Shown here: piece after piece, positions 9,324 through 18,708 of the stretch
Numbering within the stretch: the stretch's first letter is position 1
Layout of the letters: each line of letters begins with the position of its first letter
Source: a virus
Lineage: Duplodnaviria; Caudoviricetes
Length of the DNA stretch: 54,293 bases
Virus record (IMG/VR): IMGVR_UViG_3300037042_006698
Span: 1 to 54,293 of that record
Direction: 5' to 3' (one strand)
Program-made: the position numbers and the translations under genes
The notes under the pieces: model-generated
Database searches by the model: none
What the model was told of the DNA's origin: nothing
What the model saw: the letters and a program-made list of their open reading frames with translations, nothing else

Positions 9324-10648
9324 GGACCGATCGCGACCTCGTTCGGCTCGGTGTAGGCGACGGCAGCGGATGCAACTCCAAGGTCAAGAGGCGTTGCAGC
9401 AACCATCAAATCGCCCGTGTCGGTATCGTAGAACGTCTCAATGATGAACTTTCGGGCCAACTTTGGCGGGTGAACCTGCTTCTCAAGTCCTGACTTAAGC
9501 CGCTTGTAAGCAATCTTGTACGTCAGCCCAATAACGACCCCATCGGGATCAAGTGGCCTCATGTCGTGGCGGTCTCCGTCCAAAACCTGATAGCCATTCC
9601 ACACCTTGCGCGTGACGGAGTCGCCCTTGTCGCGCAGCCAATAGACAACCGCAACTCGACGACCACGCTTCAATTCTTCAAGGCACCAGTCCTCGTTCAC
9701 CCCGCTGAAGCTAAACGTCAGGTCGTAGTTCATGCCTGAAACGTCGCGACGTGGGACCTTGGTGTAATCGTACATCGAGAGTCGCGTGTCGCGGAGTCTG
9801 CCACCGAGCTTTCGACGGTCGAAGTATCCATGAAAAAGCTCTGGGCAGACCATCTCCCAAGGAATATCGCTGAGCAAGTTCGGGCGCACGTAAGGGCGGA
9901 CCTTGGAGTCGTATGAATCAACGATGTGCTTTTCGATCGCCGCAACGAACATGCGAGTCCATGCCTCAGGCTCAAGAATCAGCGACTCAGTTCGCACAAG
10001 TTTGGCTTTCCCATGCTCGTCCGTTATCGGGTTTTTGCCCGAATAAACGAGGCACGTTTCTCGACATGCCTGGCTACTGCCGACGCACAACCCCTGCCCA
10101 GCCATCGGCAAATTGCGCTTGGAGTATTCGCCTGCCAATCGATGGGGAAGTAGAGCGATTCCCTTGGAGTAACCTGGCTCAATTCCAGAAACCTTCTTGC
10201 CCTTCTCAAGCTTGAAGTTTTCGGTCAGGAAGCTTCCGCGCATGGAGGAGAGGGTATCGTACGCGCCAACGTACCTTCCCTTGTACGGTCCGCTCTCGTA
10301 CTTGTATCGGAAGATAGGCTTCAAGCGCTCAAACGCCTCCTGCTCCGACATGGCCATGGCCCTATCGAAGCTGACCCGGCTTATCAGCTTTCCACCGGAC
10401 ATCTTCCCAAGGCCTGAATTATTGAGCGCAAGCTCAGGCATCTTCGACGCAGCAACGTCGCGCGATGCGTTGGGCGTTGCTTTCGATAGGTCCGACTCCA
10501 GCGTGTCGAGGTCGCCCTCGAACTCAATGCGCGTGTGCCGAGGGTAAAGCTTCTCTGCTTCGGCAAGTGCCTCGACGAAGTTTGCACCCTCAAAGAACGC
10601 GTCCGGACCCTTCTCGTCGCCGACCGCCCAGCCTCGCTTGATCGCCAT
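9320..10648 (-). CDS. phage GP88-like protein with an N-terminal extension
   Basis: LCVGSSQACRETCL Cys cluster, VRPNLLSDIPWE, MYDYTK, YDLTFSFSG, DGDRHDMRPLD, GVVIGL. Confidence 0.75.
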   Translation of the reverse strand: MAIKRGWAVGDEKGPDAFFEGANFVEALAEAEKLYPRHTRIEFEGDLDTLESDLSKATPNASRDVAASKMPELALNNSGLGKMSGGKLISRVSFDRAMAMSEQEAFERLKPIFRYKYESGPYKGRYVGAYDTLSSMRGSFLTENFKLEKGKKVSGIEPGYSKGIALLPHRLAGEYSKRNLPMAGQGLCVGSSQACRETCLVYSGKNPITDEHGKAKLVRTESLILEPEAWTRMFVAAIEKHIVDSYDSKVRPYVRPNLLSDIPWEMVCPELFHGYFDRRKLGGRLRDTRLSMYDYTKVPRRDVSGMNYDLTFSFSGVNEDWCLEELKRGRRVAVVYWLRDKGDSVTRKVWNGYQVLDGDRHDMRPLDPDGVVIGLTYKIAYKRLKSGLEKQVHPPKLARKFIIETFYDTDTGDLMVAATPLDLGVASAAVAYTEPNEVAIGP

Positions 10649-10651
10649 AAT

Positions 10652-11263
10652 TCAGCCTTGGTATTCTAGGATCCAAACCTTTCCCAGTTCGGGGAAGGTT
10701 CCTTTACGCAGCTTCATGCCAGCCGCCTTTGGAACGTCAGTGTAGACGCTCTTTGGTGCGCCGCAGTGCTTCTTCTGCTCGTAGGAGAGCATCTCCAGGC
10801 GCTTTCGGGCTTGGCCTGACCGCTCCTTCATGAGCGTCATCGCTTGGGCATAGAAGACCTCAAGCCATGGGTCCAGCAGAGGAAGGGTCTCGGCAATATC
10901 CTCGGAGGATACCTCGATAAACTGGTCGCAGAACTCTTCAGAGCTGAGTTCCTTCTTCACCGTAAAGAGGTCCGTCTGAATCTCCTCGATAAGAATACAT
11001 TCCGGAAGCTCGGCGAACCGGACCCATCCCACTGTAAACGCGTTGCCCCTGCGCCAAACCGGATGGCCGGACATTAAGGACAGCTCTCGAATCGACTCAA
11101 CAACGACGCGATGCTTGCCCTTAAAGTTGCGAGCATCCAGGTTCAGTTGAAGGACCTGATTGGGGGCGGCACTCAATCGCTGGTCCTCGGACGCGTAACT
11201 TGTCTCGGTAGGGATCCAAACGACGCCCTCAGAGGCGGGCTGGTCACGGCGCGAAGCGTTCAT
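10652..11263 (-). CDS. stand-alone 'GWVR...EEIQ(S/T)D' domain protein, paralogue of the C-termini of 12761..14767 and 17248..18708
   Basis: Shared motifs NQVLQLNLD, SGHPV, FTVGWVRF, LIEEIQTD, EMLSYEQK, VYTDVPKAAGMKL, PELGKVW. Confidence 0.8.
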   Translation of the reverse strand: MNASRRDQPASEGVVWIPTETSYASEDQRLSAAPNQVLQLNLDARNFKGKHRVVVESIRELSLMSGHPVWRRGNAFTVGWVRFAELPECILIEEIQTDLFTVKKELSSEEFCDQFIEVSSEDIAETLPLLDPWLEVFYAQAMTLMKERSGQARKRLEMLSYEQKKHCGAPKSVYTDVPKAAGMKLRKGTFPELGKVWILEYQG

Positions 11264-11946
11264 GGAAGTTTCTTTCTTGCCCAGTCACTCACCCAATACC
11301 AACCGATAGCAATACCCGCAGCGGCTACCGCGAGGCCAGAACTTGCGCTAACGCCAGCAGCAGCAAAATTGCCGTCGTCAGCAAAGTCCGTGACCATCAC
11401 ACGAGGATTCGACAGATTTTTCTGGTAGAAGCCTCGGATCTTCGAAGCGATGTCCGCGACGGTGATCTTGCCGTCGTTGTCCGTATCCATCGGACGATTC
11501 TGCGCGTATGCGGAGGTTCCTTCAGAGTACGCAACTGCCGATGGCTCCCGAAGGGCAAAGCTCGGCGCGAAGATGAGCAGGTAGGTCTGATCAAGGGTCA
11601 GTGGCCTCCGTCCTCCGCTCATCCGAAGGAAGTAACTGACGACGTACTTAAGCTGCTCTTCGGGGCTCATTTGGGAGAGCCAGTCCTGGGCGTCTTTGCC
11701 AGGCATCGACATCCCAGCGTCCGCTGCTGCCGCCTTAGCCGCAGGCGCGCAGAACTGAATCAGACCGACGCAGCCTGACGTTGGGTTTCGAACAGATGAC
11801 GAGAACGTGCCTCCGCTCTCAAAAGCGATCACGGTGGCGAGAAAGTCTGGCTCGGTTCCGATCTCGTCGGCCGCCTCGATGAGCCTCTGTCGGAAGGATC
11901 TGCTCGTTCGGTGAAGCCCTGGAATGCCGATCAACGAGGCAGTCAT
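11260..11946 (-). CDS. lytic transglycosylase-like muramidase with an EF-hand-like loop and C-terminal membrane anchor
   Basis: Start at ATG 11946 (ATGA overlap). VIAFES, GLIQF, QLKYV, YAQNRPMDTDNDGKIT; C-terminal LAVAAAGIAIGWYWV-RKK. Confidence 0.8.
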   Translation of the reverse strand: MTASLIGIPGLHRTSRSFRQRLIEAADEIGTEPDFLATVIAFESGGTFSSSVRNPTSGCVGLIQFCAPAAKAAAADAGMSMPGKDAQDWLSQMSPEEQLKYVVSYFLRMSGGRRPLTLDQTYLLIFAPSFALREPSAVAYSEGTSAYAQNRPMDTDNDGKITVADIASKIRGFYQKNLSNPRVMVTDFADDGNFAAAGVSASSGLAVAAAGIAIGWYWVSDWARKKLP

Positions 11947-12764
11947 CGTTTTTTCTCCACCCACTTTTGGAAGTACCATCCAAGGCCAGCGCAGCTTGCA
12001 ACGGTTACGAGAAGGCCAAAAATAGAAGGCCCGTCCTCAATTCCAGATCCGGGAACCCTCGAAACCCAAGGCTGGAGCAGATTCTCCCAGAAAAGAGGCG
12101 CCATGTTTGCGTGGCCACCGTGCCCGACGTTGTCGTACTGGGCAAAGTAGAGATTCTTCCCAGCCGTCCAAAGCCTTGATGGATTGGGAAGCCCTTCCGG
12201 CAGCATTCCAGCCTCTTGAATCGCGTAGTTCGACCGGTGATTGATGGCGTCAATGGTCGAACGCATCGTCTCCGCGCCGGACTGATAGTAGACACCCTTT
12301 TTCTCGGTGGAAGGATTCGCACCGATAGATGCCGTCATCAGCATGAACTTCGACGGATCCTTCAGAGCATCCAGCGCAAACTCCACGTATCCCTGCGTTG
12401 GGAGAGGACTTTTCGACGTACCGGTTTCGTACGCCGCATCGTGCAGCATCACGCCTTTGATGCGAGCACGATCCTCTGGCGACATGAGCAGGCGCTTCCA
12501 GATGTGGCCCCCAGCGCTGAAGGCGCCGAGGTAGATGTTGCCGACCTCGTCCTCACGCAGACCTAGACGATCCAAGATACCGGGAAGAATCCTTCCTCCT
12601 GATGAGACAGCCAGATCGCCACACCTCTGCGCGGATGCCCCGCCCGCAGCCTTCCCGTCGCCCGTGCAAGGTAAAAACTTTTGCACTGCATCCGCAACAG
12701 TCGCCCCAGGTACCTGCGCCGCATTGACCGGACCCGCCCAAATAACAAGATCGGGAAAGCTCAT
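11943..12764 (-). CDS. alpha/beta-hydrolase with C-terminal membrane anchor
   Basis: Nucleophile elbow LGAFSAGG, MLHDA, late His (GHGGH); C-terminal IFGLLVTVASCAGLGWYF-KKR. Confidence 0.7.
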   Translation of the reverse strand: MSFPDLVIWAGPVNAAQVPGATVADAVQKFLPCTGDGKAAGGASAQRCGDLAVSSGGRILPGILDRLGLREDEVGNIYLGAFSAGGHIWKRLLMSPEDRARIKGVMLHDAAYETGTSKSPLPTQGYVEFALDALKDPSKFMLMTASIGANPSTEKKGVYYQSGAETMRSTIDAINHRSNYAIQEAGMLPEGLPNPSRLWTAGKNLYFAQYDNVGHGGHANMAPLFWENLLQPWVSRVPGSGIEDGPSIFGLLVTVASCAGLGWYFQKWVEKKR

Positions 12765-12819
12765 CGTCGCCTAGTCCTTCGGTTGGGCGTGTACGTCCAA
12801 ACCTGGCCAAGCTCCGGCA
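12759..12819. repeat. 61-bp exact direct repeat, second copy at 17246..17306
   Basis: GCTCATCGTCGCCTAGTCCTTCGGTTGGGCGTGTACGTCCAAACCTGGCCAAGCTCCGGCA at both loci; covers the 3' ends of the two pentapeptide genes. Confidence 0.9.
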
Positions 12820-14767
12820 GTGCAAGCGACGGCGCGAGCTTCATGCCCATCGACTTTGGCAGGTCGGTGTAGACGTTGCGGGGGGAGCCATGCTCCTTCT
12901 TCTGCGCGTAGTCGAGCATCTCGACCTTCATGCCATGCTCCTCGGCCAAGTCGAAGGTCAACCCAAGCGCATCCTCGTAAAAGCGATCTGCAAATGGCTG
13001 CATCAACGCAAGCGCCTGCTCAATGTCCTCTGGCTCAAGGCCTCGCGACTGAAGTTGACTCCTGAATTCTGGATCTTTAAGACCCTTTCGTACCCCGCCC
13101 ACGTCGCTTTGGACTTCCTCGACGAGAAATCGGTCGAAGAACTCGCAGTACCTAACCCAGCCAATCGTGAACCACCTCTTACCGGTCTTTACCGGGTGAC
13201 CGGAGCGAATCGAGACCTCCTTTACCTGTCGAAGGATGCTCCTCTGCTCGTCCGTGTAGACAGGGTCATCGAGGTCAACATTGAGCTGCAAAACCTTGTT
13301 TGCGACGTCACAAATTCTTTGAGCAGAACCGTGGTATCTCGACGAGGTTACGCGCCACGTAACCCCGTGCTTTGCAACAATTCGATCCAGAAGCTCAGGC
13401 GTAAAGTCGGCGCCTTGTGTCTCCGCCTTGATCTGCTCGAATTCCTGAGGGAAGAGCTTCTTAAAGGCGCCAGCCTTCATTGGCAAAGCTTGCTTCTTCA
13501 GCTTCGAGACTACCCGAGTCTTTTTGCCCAGCGCCAACGTTCCAGAGCCCGCAACGAACTCAAACTCAAGCAATGTACCCTTCCAAATCGCATCCTCAAT
13601 ACCGACAGCTTCTTCAAGGTCGATGTCCTTCACCTTTGCGTCCTTGAAACTCGCTCCCTCAAGATTCGCCTCGTTAAATCTTGACCGAGTAAGAACGGCC
13701 TCGTCGAAATACGCATTTTGAAGCTTCGACCTTGAGAAAGATGCCTCCCGCAAATCGGCTCTAAAGAAGTTTGCTCCTCTACAATCGGAACCCGCAAAGT
13801 TCGATCTCAAAAGATGAGCATTACGAAAATTTGACGAACGAAGATCGGCATCTTTGAAGCTAACCTGATCTCCACCTGAGGCCTGTTCAAGGTCGGCTTC
13901 AGTCATTACAACACCTGCAAAGCTACTGCCTGAAAGCCTCGCGCGCTGAAGCTTCGTACCTCGGAACGTAGAAGCTTCTGCGTTAACACGTTCCATTCCT
14001 GAGAAAGACATGTCTGCGGTGTCGAATGAAACGTACGAGACATCTGCCCCATCGAATCGAGCATAAACGAGTTTAGCGCCGTAGAAGTTGGAAAGAATGA
14101 GCTTAGCTCTGTCAAATCTAGCGTAAGCTAGGTTGGTATCTCGAAAATCTGCTTTGCCTCTTGCAAGGCTAAATTCTGCGCCCTTCAATTCGGCCGCATA
14201 GAAGTCAACCACCTTGAGTTCAGTTTCAGAGAAGTTGGCCTCTTCGCCCGACGTGTCGTGAAATAGAGAATTTACGATCTTTGCCTCAGAAAACGCGCAG
14301 TACGAAATGTCCGCACGCTCAAAGTAGGCATCCTCGATCAAAGCCCTCTTGAAGTTTGACTCACTAAGATTAGCGGCTCGGAATTTCGTGCCGCTGCATC
14401 GAGACGAATAGAAATCGACATTCGGGAGTTCGCATTGTTCGAAGTTGGCGAAGCTTAGGTCAGCGCCCTCGAAAACGACGATCTTCCCTTTAGACTTCCT
14501 GAAAGAAGCTCGGGTTAGGTTTGCGCCGCTGAAAACGACGCTCTCCATGGAGCACTTCGTGAAATCTGCGGCCATGAGATTAGCGTTTACGAAGCCAACT
14601 CCTCGCAACGAAGCTCCGGAAAAGTCTGCCTCCGCGAGGTTGGCCCCATCAAGAACTACGTCCTCAAGTTTTGCGCCTCTAAAATCAGCTCGCTGACCAT
14701 CTCTGCTTCTGGTTTCCACCCAAACAATATGGGCGGCCAAGATCGCGGTCAGTTCTTCGTTCGTCAT
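12761..14767 (-). CDS. pentapeptide-repeat protein with a C-terminal EEVQSD domain (copy A)
   Basis: Start reassigned to ATG 14767 (MTNEELTAI, ATGA overlap, matches copy B). Long A(D/N)(F/L)xx repeat tract; ends YTPNRRTRRR. Confidence 0.9.
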   Translation of the reverse strand: MTNEELTAILAAHIVWVETRSRDGQRADFRGAKLEDVVLDGANLAEADFSGASLRGVGFVNANLMAADFTKCSMESVVFSGANLTRASFRKSKGKIVVFEGADLSFANFEQCELPNVDFYSSRCSGTKFRAANLSESNFKRALIEDAYFERADISYCAFSEAKIVNSLFHDTSGEEANFSETELKVVDFYAAELKGAEFSLARGKADFRDTNLAYARFDRAKLILSNFYGAKLVYARFDGADVSYVSFDTADMSFSGMERVNAEASTFRGTKLQRARLSGSSFAGVVMTEADLEQASGGDQVSFKDADLRSSNFRNAHLLRSNFAGSDCRGANFFRADLREASFSRSKLQNAYFDEAVLTRSRFNEANLEGASFKDAKVKDIDLEEAVGIEDAIWKGTLLEFEFVAGSGTLALGKKTRVVSKLKKQALPMKAGAFKKLFPQEFEQIKAETQGADFTPELLDRIVAKHGVTWRVTSSRYHGSAQRICDVANKVLQLNVDLDDPVYTDEQRSILRQVKEVSIRSGHPVKTGKRWFTIGWVRYCEFFDRFLVEEVQSDVGGVRKGLKDPEFRSQLQSRGLEPEDIEQALALMQPFADRFYEDALGLTFDLAEEHGMKVEMLDYAQKKEHGSPRNVYTDLPKSMGMKLAPSLALPELGQVWTYTPNRRTRRR

Positions 14768-14967
14768 CGGCGCACCTGAGGCATCAATCCATGTCCATGA
14801 AGCGAAGCGAACTCGAAGACGCGCTGATTCGTTAGCTGAGGACGCGAGCACTGCTTCTCGGCTCGTTCGCCACAAGCCGAGCAGAAGCAGCGAATGAAGT
14901 ACCGCCCGTACGGGTCGTAGGACGCCTCCCAATGGGCGTATGGATGGTTGGGCACTGGTTGCATCAC
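14764..14967 (-). CDS. small Cys/His-rich (zinc-finger-like) protein
   Basis: CFCSACG...HGH; tightly packed in the operon. Confidence 0.6.
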   Translation of the reverse strand: MMQPVPNHPYAHWEASYDPYGRYFIRCFCSACGERAEKQCSRPQLTNQRVFEFASLHGHGLMPQVRR

Positions 14968-14968
14968 T

Positions 14969-15766
14969 TCAGACCTTGACCGTGCCGAGCGGCGGGATGG
15001 ATGTTACCACAGACGGAAGCGTGTCAGGAGGAGGAGCCACGGTATCCATGGCAACGCAGCGGGCTCGGGCGCACCGACCGAGGCTTCGGCAGCGCTGCAT
15101 TTTTGCCTCGTTCATCTTCGCGCCAAAGTGCTCTGTCTCGCCCTTGTGGTCTCGGACCACGGCGTACCCAGACTCCCGGTGAACAAATGGCTCCTGTAAA
15201 AGCTGCATCTGGTCAAACCACGATCCGCTCGGGGCGTAGGGATCAAACCAGGATGGATGGACGAAATTGCTAACGGAAATGGGCTTTCCGTTCACGGTAA
15301 TATCGTAGGCATCACCGTCAACTGGATCGCATACCTCCATAGAGAACTGACGGCCGTCCATCGTGTCGGCCCATCGGTTAACGCCAGGGTTGCCGAGAAG
15401 CTCAAGCACCTCGTGGCTTATTGTCTGCGATACGCTCGATGCCCCACGAGCTATGGCGCCGCCAAGCATCGTGATGGCTTTCGCCGCTACGAAACCACAG
15501 AAGAAGCCTTCCTTGTCACCATGATGCCACCCAAGCGCACCAGGTACCTGGCCGATATTGTCAACGACGTAAACAAGTCCTGCTCCCATCGGCACAGGAG
15601 CACCGTCATCGACGGCGATCACTGGAACGGGAGAAAGTCCCCACGCTGGCGCAAAGTCTCGAATTACCTGAATCGAAATTGCATCGATGATTGCCGTTAG
15701 GTAATCCGCCTGTTTTCCTACAAACAGCGACGATCGGTTGATGACGGCAACGCAGGTTACTCGCAC
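14969..15766 (-). CDS. zincin-like metallopeptidase (HExxE variant)
   Basis: GALGWH, TISHEVLE, MEVCDPV, VSNFVHPSWF. Confidence 0.65.
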   Translation of the reverse strand: MRVTCVAVINRSSLFVGKQADYLTAIIDAISIQVIRDFAPAWGLSPVPVIAVDDGAPVPMGAGLVYVVDNIGQVPGALGWHHGDKEGFFCGFVAAKAITMLGGAIARGASSVSQTISHEVLELLGNPGVNRWADTMDGRQFSMEVCDPVDGDAYDITVNGKPISVSNFVHPSWFDPYAPSGSWFDQMQLLQEPFVHRESGYAVVRDHKGETEHFGAKMNEAKMQRCRSLGRCARARCVAMDTVAPPPDTLPSVVTSIPPLGTVKV

Positions 15767-15768
15767 GG

Positions 15769-16182
15769 CTATTCGACCAGGGCCGCCTCGATGCGAGCGC
15801 TTTCAACGATACGAGGTGCCTTCATCGGCTTCATGCCTGGCTGAACAGGCACATTCATCGAAAGAAACAGAGCCTCAAGATCCCTATAGGCATCCACAAG
15901 TTCTTTGCGAGCCGCAACGACGTTTTGCTCATCGAGACTCTTCGAGGCAAGCGATATACCGTTCAACGCAGAGAGAGCCCGGCGGGCGCGGAACATCGCA
16001 ATCTCAACCTTCTCCTGCTCGCTGCCGTTTGGGTTCAGCTTGAACCATGACTTTTGACTGTCGTCGGCCACATCAATGATGCTACCCACCCACTGAGCCA
16101 CGTTGATTGCCCCTTGAATCGCAGGCAGAAACGAAGGGCAGCCAGCCAAAAACAGGCAAAGAGCCAGAGTCGTAACCTTCAC
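15769..16182 (-). CDS. lipoprotein
   Basis: Signal peptide II with lipobox: MKVTTLALCLFLAG-C; helical mature part. Confidence 0.75.
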   Translation of the reverse strand: MKVTTLALCLFLAGCPSFLPAIQGAINVAQWVGSIIDVADDSQKSWFKLNPNGSEQEKVEIAMFRARRALSALNGISLASKSLDEQNVVAARKELVDAYRDLEALFLSMNVPVQPGMKPMKAPRIVESARIEAALVE

Positions 16183-16814
16183 TGTGCGCTCGGCTTCCCA
16201 ATGGGCTTACCCTTTGCTCCGGCAAGGTTGGCGCCATTGAGGACGGCGCCTGCGATCTTGGCGCCTGCGAGATTGGCGCCTCTGAGGTTTGCGCCTTCGA
16301 GGTTCGTCACGCCGCTGCCTTCGCTTCGGAGGTCCGCGCCTTCGAGGTTCGCGCCTTCGAGGTCCGCGCCTTTGAGGTTCGCGCCGTAGAGGTCCGCGCC
16401 TTTGAGGTTCGCGCCGTAGAGGTTCGCGCTTTCGAGGTTCGCGACGTGGAGGAAGGCGCCTTTGAGGTTGGCGCCTTTGAGGTTGGCGCCTTTGAGGTTG
16501 GCGCGGAGGAGGTCGGCAAATTCAAGGTTGGCAAATTCAAGGTTGGCGCGGACGAGGTTGGCGCGTTCGAGCTTGGCGCGTTCGAGGTTGGCTCCTGGTA
16601 GGCGGGCGTCCATGAGGAAGGCGCGGACGAGGATGACTTCGTAAAGGTCGGCGCCTTCGAGGTTGGCTCCTGGTAGGCGGGCGTCCGGGAGGAAGGCGTG
16701 GCGGAGGTTGGCGCCTTTGAGGTTGGCGCGCTTCCCCCGCTTGAGGCTCGACTGCACCCACAGGTCGTGAGCTTGTAAAATGTCTTCTAGTTCTGTCTTG
16801 GTCAGCTTCTTCAC
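16179..16814 (-). CDS. pentapeptide-repeat protein (copy C, no C-terminal domain)
   Basis: ELEDILQAHDLWV...GKRANL cap then (A-N/D-L-x-x)n; GAGGA RBS before the GTG. Confidence 0.9.
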   Translation of the reverse strand: MKKLTKTELEDILQAHDLWVQSSLKRGKRANLKGANLRHAFLPDARLPGANLEGADLYEVILVRAFLMDARLPGANLERAKLERANLVRANLEFANLEFADLLRANLKGANLKGANLKGAFLHVANLESANLYGANLKGADLYGANLKGADLEGANLEGADLRSEGSGVTNLEGANLRGANLAGAKIAGAVLNGANLAGAKGKPIGKPSAQ

Positions 16815-16834
16815 TTCAATTCCTCGTTCTGGTC

Positions 16835-16859
16835 ACAGGAAGCGGGCGCCGCTTCCTGT
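16835..16859. promoter_or_regulatory. perfect 11-bp hairpin upstream of pentapeptide copy C
   Basis: ACAGGAAGCGG-GCG-CCGCTTCCTGT in a rare 100-nt intergenic gap. Confidence 0.5.
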
Positions 16860-16915
16860 TTGGCATATAAGACCACACTTGGCCTGTCTTTGTCAGCGCC
16901 CACGACCGGCGCAGA

Positions 16916-17251
16916 CTATTTCAGCGCCTCAGCGATTGCCTTGTCGGCCTCGTCGCCGATCTTGTTGATGTCGAGCCACTTGCCCCATGGCATCTGCGCG
17001 GTCGCGTAAAGGATGCTCGTCGCAAGCGCAAAGCCCGCAATCTGCTTTACCTCTTCGCGCCGCTCAGGCTTTGACGTTTCCTTGTCGGTCGCCCAATCGT
17101 AGACCATGTTGCTGATCCCAATACCCCCAACTACACCCATACCGAGGACCGCCCAATGACGGTAGTCGAAGTCGTTTGAAGACGGCTTCGGCGCGGGTAA
17201 AGAGGGCGGCGGCTTTGGATCCGCAGGACGGGCAACAACACGACGGCTCAT
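16916..17251 (-). CDS. small membrane protein
   Basis: Pro-rich N-terminus and two hydrophobic segments; ATGA overlap. Confidence 0.7.
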   Translation of the reverse strand: MSRRVVARPADPKPPPSLPAPKPSSNDFDYRHWAVLGMGVVGGIGISNMVYDWATDKETSKPERREEVKQIAGFALATSILYATAQMPWGKWLDINKIGDEADKAIAEALK

Positions 17252-18708
17252 CGTCGCCTAGTCCTTCGGTTGGGCGTGTACGTCCAAACCTGGCCAAGCT
17301 CCGGCATGGCCTCGGACGGGCCAAGCTTCATGCCCATCGACTTTGGAAGGTCGGTGTAGACGTTACGCGGAGAGCCGAACGGCTCCTTCTGCTTGTAGTC
17401 GAGCATCTCGACGTTCTTGCCCTGCTCGGCAGCCATGTCGAAGACAAGGGCGACAGCGTCCTCGTAGAATCTGTCTGCAAACGGCTGTACGAGCGCCATC
17501 GTCGCGTCAAGTTCTTCGGGGTTTATGCCGCTCCCAAGGAGACTCTCGGAAAACTCAGAATCTTTCAGTCCTTTACGAACACCGCCGACGTCGCTCTGCA
17601 CTTCCTCGATCAAGATCCGATCTGGAAAGACGCAGTACCGGATCCAGCCGACGGTAAACAGGTTGCTGCCAGCGGCGACGGGGTGACCACTTCGGCTGGA
17701 GACTTGTGCGACGGCCCGAAGCTGCTTGCGCTGCTCGTCGGTGTAGGCATCGTCGGAGATGTCGATGACAAGCATCAGGACATCGTTGGCGTTCGCGCAA
17801 ATCCGCTGCGCCGACGAAGTGTAACGGCCAGCGACGACGCCCCAAGTGAATCCGTGCTTGGCGACCAGCGATTCAAGAAGCTTCGGCGTAAAGTCCGCGC
17901 CTTGGGTGTCGGCCTTGATCTTCTCAAACTCGTCAGGGAAGAGCTTCTTGAACGCTCCAGCCTTCATGGGAAGCGCCTGCTTCTTCAGCTTCCCAAGGAC
18001 GCCAGCCTTTCGACCAAGCGCCGTCTTCGGCTTAAGCTCTGGAAGGACAAGTCCGATCGCGCCTTCGAGGTCCGCGCCTTCGAGGTCCGCGCCTTCGAGG
18101 TCCGCGCCTTCGAGGTCCGCGCGGGCGAGGTTCGCGAGGGCGAGGACCGCACCTGCGAGTTTTGCGCCTCTGAGGTTCGCGTCCATGAGGTTCGCGCTTA
18201 CGAGGTTCGCGTCTTTGAGGTCCGCGTCTATGAGGTTCGCGCGTACGAGGTTCGCGCCGTAGAGGTTCGCGCCGTAGAGGTTCGCGTCTTCGAGGTTCGC
18301 GCCTCCGAGGTTCGCGCCTTCGAGGTTCGCGCCTTCGAGGTTCGCGCGGTAGAGGTTCGCGCGGTAGAGGTTCGCGCGGTAGAGGTCCGCGCCTTCGAGT
18401 TTTGCGCCTCCGAGGTTCGCGCCGTAGAGGTCCGCGCCTTGGAGGTTCGCGCCGTAGAGGTTCGCGCCTACGAGGTTCGCGCCTTCGAGGTCCGCGTCTA
18501 TGAGGTTCGCGCCTACGAGGTTCGCGTCTTTGAGGCCCGCGTCTACGAGGTTCGCGCCTCCGAGGTTCGCGCCTCCGAGGTTCGCGCCTCTGAGGTTCGC
18601 GCCTTCGAGGTTTGCGCCTTCGAGGTCTGCGCGCATTCCATTTCGACCTTCGGTCTCGACCCAAACAATATGAGCGGCCACGATCGCGGTCAGTTCTTCG
18701 TTCGTCAT
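17248..18708 (-). CDS. pentapeptide-repeat protein with a C-terminal EEVQSD domain (copy B)
   Basis: MTNEELTAIV; highly regular 15-bp repeats; ends YTPNRRTRRR. Confidence 0.92.
   Translation of the reverse strand: MTNEELTAIVAAHIVWVETEGRNGMRADLEGANLEGANLRGANLGGANLGGANLVDAGLKDANLVGANLIDADLEGANLVGANLYGANLQGADLYGANLGGAKLEGADLYRANLYRANLYRANLEGANLEGANLGGANLEDANLYGANLYGANLVRANLIDADLKDANLVSANLMDANLRGAKLAGAVLALANLARADLEGADLEGADLEGADLEGAIGLVLPELKPKTALGRKAGVLGKLKKQALPMKAGAFKKLFPDEFEKIKADTQGADFTPKLLESLVAKHGFTWGVVAGRYTSSAQRICANANDVLMLVIDISDDAYTDEQRKQLRAVAQVSSRSGHPVAAGSNLFTVGWIRYCVFPDRILIEEVQSDVGGVRKGLKDSEFSESLLGSGINPEELDATMALVQPFADRFYEDAVALVFDMAAEQGKNVEMLDYKQKEPFGSPRNVYTDLPKSMGMKLGPSEAMPELGQVWTYTPNRRTRRR
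18060..18632. repeat. 15-bp-period tandem repeat encoding pentapeptide units
   Basis: (GAGGT(T/C)CGCGnnnnn)n on the plus strand. Confidence 0.9.

Noticed and set aside
14768-14932. N-terminal extension of pentapeptide copy A in the ORF track
   Set aside because: It overlaps the 14764..14967 gene; paralogue B and the ATGA coupling fix the start at 14767
18060-18632. Possible CRISPR array or DGR variable region
   Set aside because: The period is 15 bp with no unique spacers and no cas genes. No reverse transcriptase or TR/VR pair with A-only mismatches was seen. Protein constraints explain the variation.
12761-18708. Calling the pentapeptide proteins Qnr quinolone-resistance genes
   Set aside because: Generic repeats with different length, caps and fusions; no specific Qnr similarity is visible
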